Shown here: positions 40,995-50,790 of the stretch, piece after piece
Numbering within the stretch: the first letter of the stretch is position 1
Layout: each line of letters starts with the position of its first letter
Assembly (NCBI GenBank): GCA_963816145.1
Contig: CAWFJP010000014.1
Coordinates: 384,001 to 448,000, forward strand
DNA from: an uncultured delta proteobacterium
GTDB lineage: Bacteria; Desulfobacterota; Binatia; UBA9968
DNA: 64,000 bases
Direction of reading: 5' to 3'
Translations under genes and position numbers: made by a program
Notes under the pieces: model-generated
Database searches by the model: none
Told to the model about the DNA's origin: nothing
The model's input: the letters and a program-made list of their open reading frames with translations, nothing else

Positions 40995-41938
40995 AAATAT
41001 TCCTGTTGTGTTCCTTGTTGTTAAACATCTGCGTATGCACCGAAGCGGCAGAAAAAATCAGGATCACGGTTCCCGACACGAATGCCGCTTATATGACTTT
41101 TCCATTGGCGCAGAAAAGAGGTTTCTTGACTCATCAGGGCTTCGCAGCCGACGTTCTTTTGATGCGGGGCACGCTGACGGTACCTGCGCTCAATAACGGC
41201 GATATTGATTACCACACAGGGCTTCCGGTTGGCGTTCGAGGGACGGTCGCAGGTTTTCCTCTCAAGATCGTCGCCTGTTATCTGCCGCGCTCCAGCCTCA
41301 TGGTGGTTAGCCGTCCTGACATCAATTCGGTGCAGGATCTCAAAGGAAAAACGGTGGCTGTCAGCTCGTTCGGGAGCACCAATTCCGGAGCATTGCAGCT
41401 AATCGCCAAGCATTTCGGTCTCGATGCGGGAAGAGACATAAAACTCTTGGCTGTGGGTGCCAACGAGGCCCGGCTCGCGGCGCTGAAACAGGGAATAGTC
41501 GCTGCGATGGTGGTGCCTCCGCCCTGGGACTTTTATGCGAAAAAAATGGGGTTCCATGTGATAGCTCGAAGCTACGAATTTTTCAGCTATCCTCAGGTCG
41601 GGCTTATAGTGAACGAAAGCAAGATTAAGCGAAGACCCGACGAAATTAAGCGGGTGATTAAGGCAGGAATCGAAGCCAATCGATACATCCGATCAAATCG
41701 AGAAGGCACAGTGCAAGTCCTCATGGACTGGATGCGGATCGACAAGGATGTCGCTGCGGCTACTTATGAAGCCTTTTTGCCGGCGTTGAGTGAGGATGGA
41801 AACTGCCCCGAAGACGGCATGGGTTTAGTGATTGAAGAAGCAAAGAAAGCGGCCAAGGTAAGTCGCGATGTTTCAATGAAGGACGTCGCGGATCTCTCCA
41901 TTCTCAGGGAGGCGCAGAGGGAACTTGGAATCAAATAA
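40991..41938 (+). CDS. ABC substrate-binding protein (NMT1/SsuA-like)
   Basis: Signal peptide; DLKGKTVAVSSFGS; LREAQRELGIK end; overlaps the ASST stop codon. Confidence 0.85.
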   Translation: MKIFLLCSLLLNICVCTEAAEKIRITVPDTNAAYMTFPLAQKRGFLTHQGFAADVLLMRGTLTVPALNNGDIDYHTGLPVGVRGTVAGFPLKIVACYLPRSSLMVVSRPDINSVQDLKGKTVAVSSFGSTNSGALQLIAKHFGLDAGRDIKLLAVGANEARLAALKQGIVAAMVVPPPWDFYAKKMGFHVIARSYEFFSYPQVGLIVNESKIKRRPDEIKRVIKAGIEANRYIRSNREGTVQVLMDWMRIDKDVAAATYEAFLPALSEDGNCPEDGMGLVIEEAKKAAKVSRDVSMKDVADLSILREAQRELGIK

Positions 41939-41954
41939 CAAGGAAAGGTAATTC

Positions 41955-42165
41955 ATGAAAATCATCCTTTCGGCTTTGCTTGATTTTGTTTTTTCACTTC
42001 TCAGCGTACGCGGCAGAGAAGATCCGCATCGCGATTCCCGAGCCGAACGCCGCCTATATGACATATCCAATAGCGTACAAGAAGGGTTTCGTGACGAACC
42101 AGGGCGTGGCAGTCGAGGTCATTTTGATGAGCGGTAAACTCGCGATGCCGGCGTTAAGCAACGGA
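41955..42165 (+). pseudogene. Truncated paralog of the preceding substrate-binding protein
   Basis: AAEKIRIAIPEPNAAYMTYPIAYKKGF...PALSNG, after which similarity stops abruptly at GTTAGGG (42166). Confidence 0.8.
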
Positions 42166-42219
42166 GTTAGGGCCTGCACCAACACGGGTGTCGAGGCTAT
42201 GTTGAAGATAGGAAAAACC

Positions 42220-42393
42220 ATGAAACGACTCACTCTATTATTTTTCGTAGCGTTGTTGCCCTTCACGGGCTACTCGTCCGCTCAGGAGTCAATCGAGGGA
42301 AAGGGCCAATCAATAAAACGCAAGATCGAAGAAGTGATTTCCGGCTATCTGACCGAACTCAACGGTAAATATAAGTTCGGCAGCCCTGCCTAG
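42220..42393 (+). pseudogene. Short signal-peptide ORF, probably a truncated cassette gene
   Basis: MKRLTLLFFVALLPFTGYSSAQE...; AT-richer; 57 aa. Confidence 0.4.
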
Positions 42394-42429
42394 GGTTTGT
42401 TGCAGGTGGGATAGAAAGGAGGGATTTCC

Positions 42430-43405
42430 GTGAACTTCAAGCAAGCCACGTGCGCTGTGATACTCGCTCTTGGAAGCGTCCTTGGCGTTGCCCTCTCCGA
42501 GGCGCAGCAGCCGGGAAAGATGACGCGTGTGGGGTTTCTCGGCACTGGCCCTGCCCCCACGCCCGCCACGCCCTATGGCCCGTTGCGGGAATTCCGGCAG
42601 GGCCTTGACGAACTCGGCTATGTCGACGGCCGGGACGTCGTCATCGAAACGCGCTGGGCAGACGGGCGGATCGACCAGCTCCCCGCCTTGGCTGCCGAAC
42701 TGGTGGGGCTCAAGGTGGACATCATCGTCGGCGTCGGTGCAGTGGTGGCGCGGGCGGCCAAGAGTGCGACGACGACCATTCCCATCGTGATGGCGGTGGT
42801 GATCGACCCCGTTAAATTTAGTCGCGGAGCGGCCCGGTGGCAACCTGACGGGGCTCACCACCTTTGACCCGCAGGAGGCCAGGAAGAAGCTCGAACTCCT
42901 GAAGGAGGTGGTGCCTGGGCTGGCGCGTGTGGCGCTCCTCGGGGATCAAGCGGTGCGGGACGTGAGGGGGCATGCAGAGCAGGCACGTGCATTGGGTCTG
43001 CAGCCGCAGAGTCTCACGATTGCTGGGGCTAGCCCGGATCTGGAGGCAGTCTTCCAGGCCATTAGGAGAGAGCACGCCGACGCGCTCCTGGTCCTGGACC
43101 TGCCCGCGACGGCAACCCATCGCAAACGGATTGCCGAGCTGGCGGCGCAGCAGCGGTTGCCCACCTTGTTTTGGGGCGGCTCGTCGGACGCAGGGGGGCT
43201 GCTCGGCTATGGCACCAGGGTCACCGAGGCGGCGCGGCGCCTGGCGGCCTATGTGGACCGGATTGTCAAAGGGGCGCAGCCCGCCGACCTGCCTTTCGAG
43301 GTCGTCGTGCGCCCCGAGCTCATCGTCAACCTCAAGACGGCGCAGGAGATTGGCGTCACGATCCCGCCAGAGGTGCTCAAGCGGGCAGACCGGGTCATAC
43401 AATGA
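42430..43405 (+). CDS. ABC_sub_bind-type substrate-binding protein (frameshift ~42820)
   Basis: FRQGLDELGYVDG, AELVGLKVDIIV, TTTIPIVM, YVDRIVKGAQPADLP, VNLKTA...RADRVI; visibly higher GC than neighbours. Confidence 0.85.
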
Positions 43406-43445
43406 GGGGCTCAGCTACCAGCTCGACAATAGGCGCGACCGAGCT

Positions 43446-43532
43446 GCCGAACAACCGCCTGCAGCCGACGCCTTCAGCGTCCGCTGTGCGTCGCTGCGGC
43501 TTCCGGGCAGCGGCTGAGGCGCAGCGTTGGCC
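43446..43532 (+). mobile_element. Integron attC site (solo)
   Basis: GCCGAAC-aacc-GCCTGCAGCCG ... CGGCTGAGGC-gcagc-GTTGGCC; L boxes pair with one extrahelical base. Confidence 0.75.
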
Positions 43533-43584
43533 CTCTCAAGCACCGTCCACCTAAGGCGCGTCCCTTTGGAAAGGAGATCAGGCC

Positions 43585-44565
43585 ATGAATTCCCGCACGG
43601 TACGTGTCGTCTCGCACCTGATTTGTCTGCTTTTCACTGGATTAACGCTGTTTATCAGCCACGCGTTTGCCCAGATCTACAACATTAAGGAAATGAACAC
43701 GGAACAGATCAAGGCGCTCGATCGGGAGAAGACGGTCGTGCTTCTCCCCGTCGGTATCCTCGAAGAGCACGGCCCGTATCTGCCGTCGTTTTCGGACGGC
43801 TATTCAGCCGAGCGACGTACCGTAGACCTTGCCAATGCGATTGTAGAAAGGCCAGGGTGGAAAGTGCTGATTTTTCCTCTCATTCCTTTGGGTAGTGTCG
43901 GAGCCAATATCCTTGGCCAGAAATACGTTTTCCCCGGCTCTTACACCGTCCGTCCTTCAACGCTACGGGCTATCTTTATGGACCTGGCAACGGAGCTAGG
44001 CGAGCAGGGCTTTCGCTGGATCTTTGTGGTGCAGTCGCACGGCGGCTTGGATCACAATCGGGTTCTCAATCAGGCCGGCGACTACTTTCACGGCAGTTAC
44101 GGCGGGCACATGATTAATCTGCGGGCGCTCCTTGGACCCGAACTCCGGCCAAACACGCGCAGCGAAGAAGAACAACGAGACGATCATGCCGGGGTAGGTG
44201 AGACCAGCACCATTCTTTTCCTGCGGCCTGATTTGGTTAATCCGTCTTACAAGAATGCGGAGCCACTCCCGGCACGCGATCGGAAGCATCGCGTCGAGAT
44301 CGCAAAAGCGAGTAACTGGCCTGGTTACTGGGGTTCGCCCGGGTTTGCGAGCGCAGCCTCCGGGGCTAAGCAGTGGAAAGTCAGTTCCTCAAGTTGGGTC
44401 GAGCTTGCTCTCAAGATTTTGGATGGCTTTGATTACCGGCAGATGAAACGCCTCGGCGATGAGATTCGTGTGGATGAAGCTAGCGTCGAGAGAAACTTCC
44501 GGCAGCACAATCAGGAAATCGAAGCAAAGCAGCGGGAATGGTTGCAGCAAAAAGGGCTGGAATAG
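43585..44565 (+). CDS. Creatininase family protein with signal peptide
   Basis: LLPVGILEEHGPYLPSFSD, QSHGG, DHAGVGETS. Confidence 0.85.
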   Translation: MNSRTVRVVSHLICLLFTGLTLFISHAFAQIYNIKEMNTEQIKALDREKTVVLLPVGILEEHGPYLPSFSDGYSAERRTVDLANAIVERPGWKVLIFPLIPLGSVGANILGQKYVFPGSYTVRPSTLRAIFMDLATELGEQGFRWIFVVQSHGGLDHNRVLNQAGDYFHGSYGGHMINLRALLGPELRPNTRSEEEQRDDHAGVGETSTILFLRPDLVNPSYKNAEPLPARDRKHRVEIAKASNWPGYWGSPGFASAASGAKQWKVSSSSWVELALKILDGFDYRQMKRLGDEIRVDEASVERNFRQHNQEIEAKQREWLQQKGLE

Positions 44566-44773
44566 CCCGGCGGCAGCCGATGAAGCTATGAGCGATCTGT
44601 ATGTCGTGTATTTCTTGGAGACAAACCCTGGTATCAGGGCCACGAGCCACGTAGCGGATCTCTCGATCCTCAGACAGGCGCCTCGGTGATAAGATTCCTC
44701 CTCCGGCTGAACCCACTGTTGACGGGAAAACCTTTACACAGCAGAATCAGAAAATCGAAAGGAAACAGCAGGG

Positions 44774-46576
44774 ATGGCTGAAGCAGAAAGGGGTTTTTGG
44801 AGCCAGCGGGGGATTAAGCCATGGTTATTTGAAGCTTTGGCGGAGAACGCAGCGCGAGTTTGCGGCGATAGCGACGCAATTATTTTTCTCAAGAGAAATG
44901 GCGCGCTTCGACATGTCGCGCATTATGGCGCGATACCGACAGCTTCGAAAAAAGGAGAATCTGGCCCGCCGATCGATGACCGCCGCTCCGTGCCTGGCCG
45001 TGCGTTCGTCGATGGGCAAACCGTTCATGTACATGACGTTCAGGCAGGGGACGAGTTTCCGCTCACCAAGGCCGAAGGGCTCGCCTACGGGGTGCGCACG
45101 TCATTGGCCATGCCGTTGTTGCATGAAGGGGTCCCCATGGGCGTGATTCTGATGCGCCGAACGGAAGTACTCCCGTTTTCCGATAAAGAGATAGCTCAGG
45201 TCAAGATTTTCGTTGACCAAGCGGCGAGGGCGTTTGAGAATGGCCAGCTGTTTCGAGAGATAGATGCAAGAAACCATGACCTTGCTGAGTCCCTTGCCCA
45301 GCAAACCGCCACGAGCGAAATTTTGCGCGTGATTGCCAGCTCGCCCACCGACCTTCAGCCTGTTCTTAATGCGGTGGCCGAGAACGCCGCTCGAATATGC
45401 GAGGCGAACGACGCCTTGATTTATCGTTATGACGGTCATCGGATCAGAGGCGTGGCCGACTACGGACCTCTGCCTGGAGACATCGGCAGGGGACCGCGAG
45501 CTGTCGACAGTCAGTCGATTCCTGGCCGAGCGGTCATCAATGGGCAGACGATTCACGTCCATGATTTGTATGCGGTTCCAGAGAGTGAGTTGCGGGCGGG
45601 CTTCTTGAGAAAACATAATACGCGAACGGTTCTTGCGACACCGCTACTATGCCAGGGCAATCCCATCGGAGTGATCATGATCCGCCGAATGGAAGTCCGA
45701 CCGTTTTCGGACCGGCAAATCGCGCTTCTCGAAACCTTTGCCGATCAGGCTGTGATCGCGATCGAAAATGTTCGCCTCTTCCAAGAGATTCAGAACAAAA
45801 ACCGCCAGCTCGAAGTCGCCAATGAGCGGCTGCAGGAGCTGGACCGATTGAAATCGGACTTTGTTGCCAACGTTTCCCACGAGCTGAGAACGCCGCTCAC
45901 CGCGATTAAAGGCGCCATCGATTTGCTGCTCCGCGAAGTGGCCGGACCGCTCAACGAAAAACAAACACATTACCTCGCACGTGTGCGTTCGAACACGCAT
46001 CGTCTCGCCGGGCTGATCAATGATGTTCTGGATCTCTCGAGGATCGAGGAAGGAAAGATCGAGCTGCAAGCCGAGCGGGTGTCACTTGCGGGTCTTGTGC
46101 ACGAAGTTGTCGAGACCTTGAAGCCGCTCGCAACCGAAAGAGAAATTGTGCTTCAGGCGACGATTCCGGAAAGCTCATTGCTCGTGTGGGCAGACCGCGA
46201 CAAGATTACACAGATTTTGACCAATCTGATCGGCAATGCGGTGAAGTTTATCTCAACGGGCGGACGAGTGGCTGTCTCGGCGATAATTGATGGCGAATGG
46301 GTTCGAGTGTCGGTTGCTGACAACGGACCGGGCATTCCCCTGGACGAAAAAGACCGGATCTTCGATAAGTTTTATCAGATTGCCGATGTCGGGGGAGCAA
46401 AGCCGAAGGGCACCGGCCTCGGGCTTGCCATTTCCAAAGCGTTGGTAGAATTGCACGGCGGAAAGATTTGGCTTGAATCGGAGCGGAACCGCGGCAGCAT
46501 TTTTCATTTCACCTTGCCGGTATCCGGGTCGAGGCAGGCCGATTCCCGCGTAAACATTAGTAGCAATCTCGACTAA
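44774..46576 (+). CDS. GAF-domain sensor histidine kinase
   Basis: Two GAF repeats (RRTEVLPFSD, RRMEVRPFSD); NVSHELRTPL, NLIGNAVKF, DNGPGI, GTGLGLAI. Confidence 0.92.
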   Translation: MAEAERGFWSQRGIKPWLFEALAENAARVCGDSDAIIFLKRNGALRHVAHYGAIPTASKKGESGPPIDDRRSVPGRAFVDGQTVHVHDVQAGDEFPLTKAEGLAYGVRTSLAMPLLHEGVPMGVILMRRTEVLPFSDKEIAQVKIFVDQAARAFENGQLFREIDARNHDLAESLAQQTATSEILRVIASSPTDLQPVLNAVAENAARICEANDALIYRYDGHRIRGVADYGPLPGDIGRGPRAVDSQSIPGRAVINGQTIHVHDLYAVPESELRAGFLRKHNTRTVLATPLLCQGNPIGVIMIRRMEVRPFSDRQIALLETFADQAVIAIENVRLFQEIQNKNRQLEVANERLQELDRLKSDFVANVSHELRTPLTAIKGAIDLLLREVAGPLNEKQTHYLARVRSNTHRLAGLINDVLDLSRIEEGKIELQAERVSLAGLVHEVVETLKPLATEREIVLQATIPESSLLVWADRDKITQILTNLIGNAVKFISTGGRVAVSAIIDGEWVRVSVADNGPGIPLDEKDRIFDKFYQIADVGGAKPKGTGLGLAISKALVELHGGKIWLESERNRGSIFHFTLPVSGSRQADSRVNISSNLD

Positions 46577-46582
46577 GCTACG

Positions 46583-47936
46583 ATGAAACCTCTCCACGGA
46601 ACCATACTCATCGCCGATGACGACGGCGATATTCGCGACATCCTGAAGGATACGCTCACCAGCCTCGGCGCCAGGATCATTACCGCAAGCCATGGCCAGG
46701 AATGTTTGGATCGCGTGGAAGCCGCCGCGCCGGATTTAATCCTGCTTGATATCGAAATGCCGATTAAGAACGGCCTCGAGGTGCTCAAGGAACTTCGGCA
46801 GCGCGAAAGCGAAACCACCGTCATCATGATCACCGCCTACGGCACGATCGAACGGGCGGTGCAGGCGATGAAACAGGGCGCTTACGATTTCATCACCAAG
46901 CCCTTCGATCTGGATCATGTCGCGCTCACCGTGGAAAAGGCTTTGGAGCGTGAGCGGCTCAGGAGAGGCTTGGAAAGTTTTGCCAAAGAAGCGGGACAAC
47001 GCTATCGGCTGATCGGCGGCGAAAGCCCGAAGATGCGTGAAGCGATCGAAACCGCGCGCAAAGCGGCCGCCAGCAAATCAACAGTCTTGCTTTTGGGAGA
47101 AAGCGGGACGGGCAAGGAAGTTTTTGCCCGGGCAATTCACAACTGGAGTGACAGAAAACACGAGCCGTTCATCGCCATTAATTGCGTCGGTCTGTCGAAA
47201 GATCTACTTGAGAGCGAGCTCTTCGGACACGAAAGAGGAGCGTTTACCGGAGCGAGCCAGCTCAAGAAAGGCAAGCTGGAACTGGCGCACGGCGGCACCG
47301 TGTTTCTCGACGAAGTCGGTGATATCTCGGCCGAGCTGCAAACCAAGTTATTACGATTTCTCCAGGAGCGGGAGTTCGAGCGCGTCGGCGGGACGCAGCC
47401 GATTCGCGTCGATGTTCGTGTCGTCGCCGCGACCAACCGTGACTTGTCGAGCGCAATCAAAGAGGGACGCTTTCGCGAAGATCTTTTCTACCGTCTCAAC
47501 GTGATTCCAATCACGCTTCCGCCGCTGCGTGAACGAAGAGAAGACATTCTGGTTCTGGCCAAATATTTTCTCAGCCGCTTTGCTGCGGAAACCAAAAGAC
47601 AAGTGACAGAAATCGCGCGCGAGGCTGAGGAAAAACTACTGGTGTATGATTGGCCAGGCAACGTTCGCGAATTGGCGAATGTGATCGAGCGCGCGGTTGT
47701 GCTCGGCCAAGGCGCGGATATCGTGCTCAGCGATTTACCGGGGCAAAACGCGGCCAAAGGCGCTGGACTGCCCATCGGATGATCTGTCCTATCGTCATGC
47801 CCTGGAAGCCGCCAAACGCGCGTGTGTCGTCAAAGCTTTGGCCCATACCAACGGCAATCGTGCCGCTGCTGCGAGAGTTCTCGGCCTGCACAAGACTCAT
47901 CTGCTCGATTTAATCAAAACTCTTGGGATTGAGTAA
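46583..47936 (+). CDS. Sigma-54-dependent response regulator (NtrC/AtoC-like); frameshift ~47775 before HTH
   Basis: REC domain ILIADDD...LLDIEMP; [23 protein letters not shown]; [17 protein letters not shown] in the shifted frame. Confidence 0.92.
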
Positions 47937-47942
47937 GATTGC

Positions 47943-48101
47943 GTTCCAATAGTTCCAGCTGTTCGAAAGGTTCCAACCATAAAATCCGAACTGGAAAGCG
48001 GGTCCGGTTCAGGCGAGGCCCAGTTGGCGTCGCCAGTGATGGATTGGGAAATGATTGAACGAGACGATTGGAACGGCTGGAACAATTGGAACGTTTGGAA
48101 C
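47943..48101. repeat. Palindromic GTTCCA/TGGAAC 9-mer array
   Basis: gttccaata-gttccagct-gttcgaaag-gttccaa ... gattggaac-ggctggaac-aattggaac-gtttggaac. Confidence 0.85.
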
Positions 48102-48142
48102 CGTCCAATTGCTCCAGCCGTTTTCGCTGACGCTTCTGTCAA

Positions 48143-48986
48143 CTACTTCTTAACCGGCTCGGGGACGCCGGGCAATTTGGTTTTTTCGTTGTAATACTCT
48201 TGCGAAAATTCCGGTTTGCGCCGTTCGGAGAAGGCGGCTGAGCCTTCGTCGTAGTCCTTGCTGTTGCGCAGGTGGGCGTAGAATTCCCGATGCACTTCGA
48301 AACCCTTTTCCCACCCCTGTAATTCGTAGAGAAACTTGTCTTCGATGAACTCGATGGAGTGCTGCGCAATCAGCCGGCCGTTGCGGTTGATGGTAGTCGC
48401 TAGCTCGACGCAGTCGTCGATCGAGCTTGTCCGGCTCGCAGATCTTCTGCACCAGTCCGAGACGGAACGCGGTGTCGGCGTCGATCATTTGGCCGGTAAG
48501 AGCGAACCAGTAGGCCCAGCCGCTGGGCAGCTGGCCGACATAACTCGGCCAGGCAGCCAAATGGGACCAGCGCACTTCCGAGCAGCCGAATTTCGATGCC
48601 GGCACGCAGTAGCGGATATGGCAGGACAGCGCCAAGCTGAAACCGCCGCCGACCGCGTAGCCATTGATCGCGGCGATGATCGGTTTGTGCATTTGCAACG
48701 GGCGCAGGCTCGAATAGCCGCGCGGGCCGGAGCGCGGTCCGGTCATTTCACCTCTGGCGAAGGCGATGTTTTCTTTTAGATCGCCGCCGACGCAAAACGC
48801 GTCCGCGCTGCCGGTTAAAATAATCGACCAGACATCGTCGTCGGCTTTGGCTTTTTGCCAGGCCGCATCGAGCGCCCAATAAAGGTCGCGGCTGATGGCA
48901 TTTTTTTTCTCCGGGCGATTGAGCTTGATGATCGCAATATGGGGATCGCGCTTCTCGTAAATACAAAGGGGTCCTGGTTCGGCCAT
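48143..48986 (-). CDS. Enoyl-CoA hydratase/isomerase family (frameshifts ~48300-48420)
   Basis: LNRPEKKNA, AFCVGGDL, KPIIAAINGYAVGGG; C-terminus EGSAAFSERRKPEF in a shifted frame ending TAG at 48143. Confidence 0.88.
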
Positions 48987-49003
48987 GTGTTCCTCCTGTT
49001 AGA

Positions 49004-49096
49004 AATGGATAACGGATAATTGAAAATGGAAAATTTCGGACCGGTTTCGAGCAATTTCGGCTTTCATTGTCAATTTTCAATTATCCATTATCAATT
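49004..49096. repeat. 7-mer AATGGAT family palindromic array, copy 4
   Basis: aatggat-aacggat-aattgaa-aatggaa-aatt ... attgtc-aattttc-aattatcc-attatc-aatt. Confidence 0.85.
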
Positions 49097-49097
49097 G

Positions 49098-50306
49098 TTA
49101 ATAAAGCACCTTCTCTTCGTCCAATTTCTTGATCTCGTCGTCGCTGAGACCGAGTAGGTTGCGGGCGATCTCGTGGGTGTGCTCGCCCATGAGCGGCGCA
49201 ACACCGCGGACTTTGCCCGGTGTGAGCGACATACGCATGGGCACGTTCTCGGTGACGACATCGCCGGCTTCGGGCTCGGTGAGGTTGACGAGAAAGCCCG
49301 TGGCGGCGTACTGTTTGTCGTTCTTGAACTGATCTTCGACGTCTTGCACGACGGCGGCGCAGACATCGACGCTTTGGACCAGCTCCATCACTTCATAAGG
49401 ATCATGCTGCAGGGTCCAGCTGGTCACCCACTTGTCGAGTTCGTCTTTGTGACGCACGCGCTGCCAATGGGTGGCGAAATTGGCGCTGCGCTTGAGCCCC
49501 GAATTTTCCAACAGACCGGCGAGGCGTTCCCATTCGTCCTGCGTGTAGGCGGCGATCACACACCAGCGGTCGTTGCCTTTGCATTGATACGGGCCGTAGG
49601 GCGAGGCGACCAGACTGCGGTTGCCTTCGGGCTGAGGTTCGCGCTTGTTGACGGTGTATTCCAAATACCTTGGGCCGAGCAGGGCGGCGCCGATCTCTTG
49701 CTGGGCGTTGTCGATCCATTGGCCGCGGCCGGTTTTTTTCCGTTCAATCAACGCTAGGACAACGCCGAAAGCGCCCGTGACCCCGCCCATGAAATCGGGG
49801 TGCTGTGTGCGCGGCTCGGCGGTGGCCGTGGTCGCGCCCGGGTAATTCCACAAATAGGTCGTCGCCATGGTGTTGCCGACGTTGGGGCCATAGGTGAGAT
49901 CGGCGGCGTGGGGCCCGGAGCAACCCATGCCTTTGACGCGGATCAAGATCATCCGCGGGTTGATCATCTGCAAGTCGGGCCAATCGAGGCCCCACTTCTC
50001 CAAGATGCCCAGGCCGAAGTTTTCCACTAGCACGTCGGACTTTTTCACCAGCTCTTTGACCAGCTCGCGCCCCTTCGGCGTCGACATGTTGACGGTGAAG
50101 GACTTTTTACCCCGTTGCAATTTCATGAAGTCGGGCTTCTTGTTCCACAGCTTGGGGTCTTCGCCGCGATGGCCGTCGCCGCGCAGACGGGTCTCGCAAC
50201 GGATCACTTCCGCGCCGAACTCGCAGAGCACGCGGGCGACGGTGGGACCGGCGGCGCCGGTGGTCAGTTCGATGACGCGAATGCCTTCAAGGGGCAGCTT
50301 TGACAT
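49098..50306 (-). CDS. CaiB/BaiF family III CoA-transferase
   Basis: PLEGIRVIEL, GAEVIRCE, RGKKSFTVN, SDVLVENF, HPDFMGG, APLMGEHT. Confidence 0.92.
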   Translation of the reverse strand: MSKLPLEGIRVIELTTGAAGPTVARVLCEFGAEVIRCETRLRGDGHRGEDPKLWNKKPDFMKLQRGKKSFTVNMSTPKGRELVKELVKKSDVLVENFGLGILEKWGLDWPDLQMINPRMILIRVKGMGCSGPHAADLTYGPNVGNTMATTYLWNYPGATTATAEPRTQHPDFMGGVTGAFGVVLALIERKKTGRGQWIDNAQQEIGAALLGPRYLEYTVNKREPQPEGNRSLVASPYGPYQCKGNDRWCVIAAYTQDEWERLAGLLENSGLKRSANFATHWQRVRHKDELDKWVTSWTLQHDPYEVMELVQSVDVCAAVVQDVEDQFKNDKQYAATGFLVNLTEPEAGDVVTENVPMRMSLTPGKVRGVAPLMGEHTHEIARNLLGLSDDEIKKLDEEKVLY

Positions 50307-50319
50307 TGCAAAATTCCTT

Positions 50320-50774
50320 TCACCACGAAGACGCGAAGGGCACGAAGGTCAGATTTAGGATAATAGAAAACGCTTAATGCCTTTCTTCAAAACCGGTACA
50401 TTGAAATTCATCAACAGCCCTACGTTAACCTTCGCTAGTTTCATATACGTTAAGATCTGCGCTTCGTGGATCTTTAGTAATTGCTCGATGCTCTTCAGTT
50501 CCACGATCAGTCGCTGATCAACCAACAAATCAATTCGATAACCACAATCTAGCCTTGTCCCTTTGTAGCTTACTGGTAAGTCAACCTGAACTTGGAACGG
50601 AATTCCCGCTCGACTGAGTTCTGCAGCGAGGCATTGTTCATATGCGGATTCGAGCAATCCGGGGCCGAGCTCACGATGCACTTCGATGGCACAGCCGATG
50701 ACTCTGTTAGATAACGGGTCAAAATCCACTTCCCACTTTAGCTTCTCTTCGTGTCCTTCGTGTCTTCGTGGTGA
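50320..50774. mobile_element. Putative GxxExxY element bounded by 28-bp inverted 9-mer arrays
   Basis: Left TCACCACGAAGACGCGAAGGGCACGAAG; reverse complement of right arm TCACCACGAAGACACGAAGGACACGAAG (26/28 identical); encloses only the GxxExxY gene. Confidence 0.7.
50355..50729 (-). CDS. GxxExxY protein (PD-(D/E)XK nuclease superfamily)
   Basis: [46 protein letters not shown]. Confidence 0.93.
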   Translation of the reverse strand: MDFDPLSNRVIGCAIEVHRELGPGLLESAYEQCLAAELSRAGIPFQVQVDLPVSYKGTRLDCGYRIDLLVDQRLIVELKSIEQLLKIHEAQILTYMKLAKVNVGLLMNFNVPVLKKGIKRFLLS

Positions 50775-50790
50775 GTTCCCATGATCGAAT

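Noticed and set aside
44562-44582. aatagcccggcggcagccga as an attC closing the creatininase cassette
   Set aside because: It lacks the AAC core and any matching right half.
50310-50785. Target-site duplication around the GxxExxY element
   Set aside because: Flanks differ on both sides here and at the two empty copies, so a DDE-type IS is not supported.
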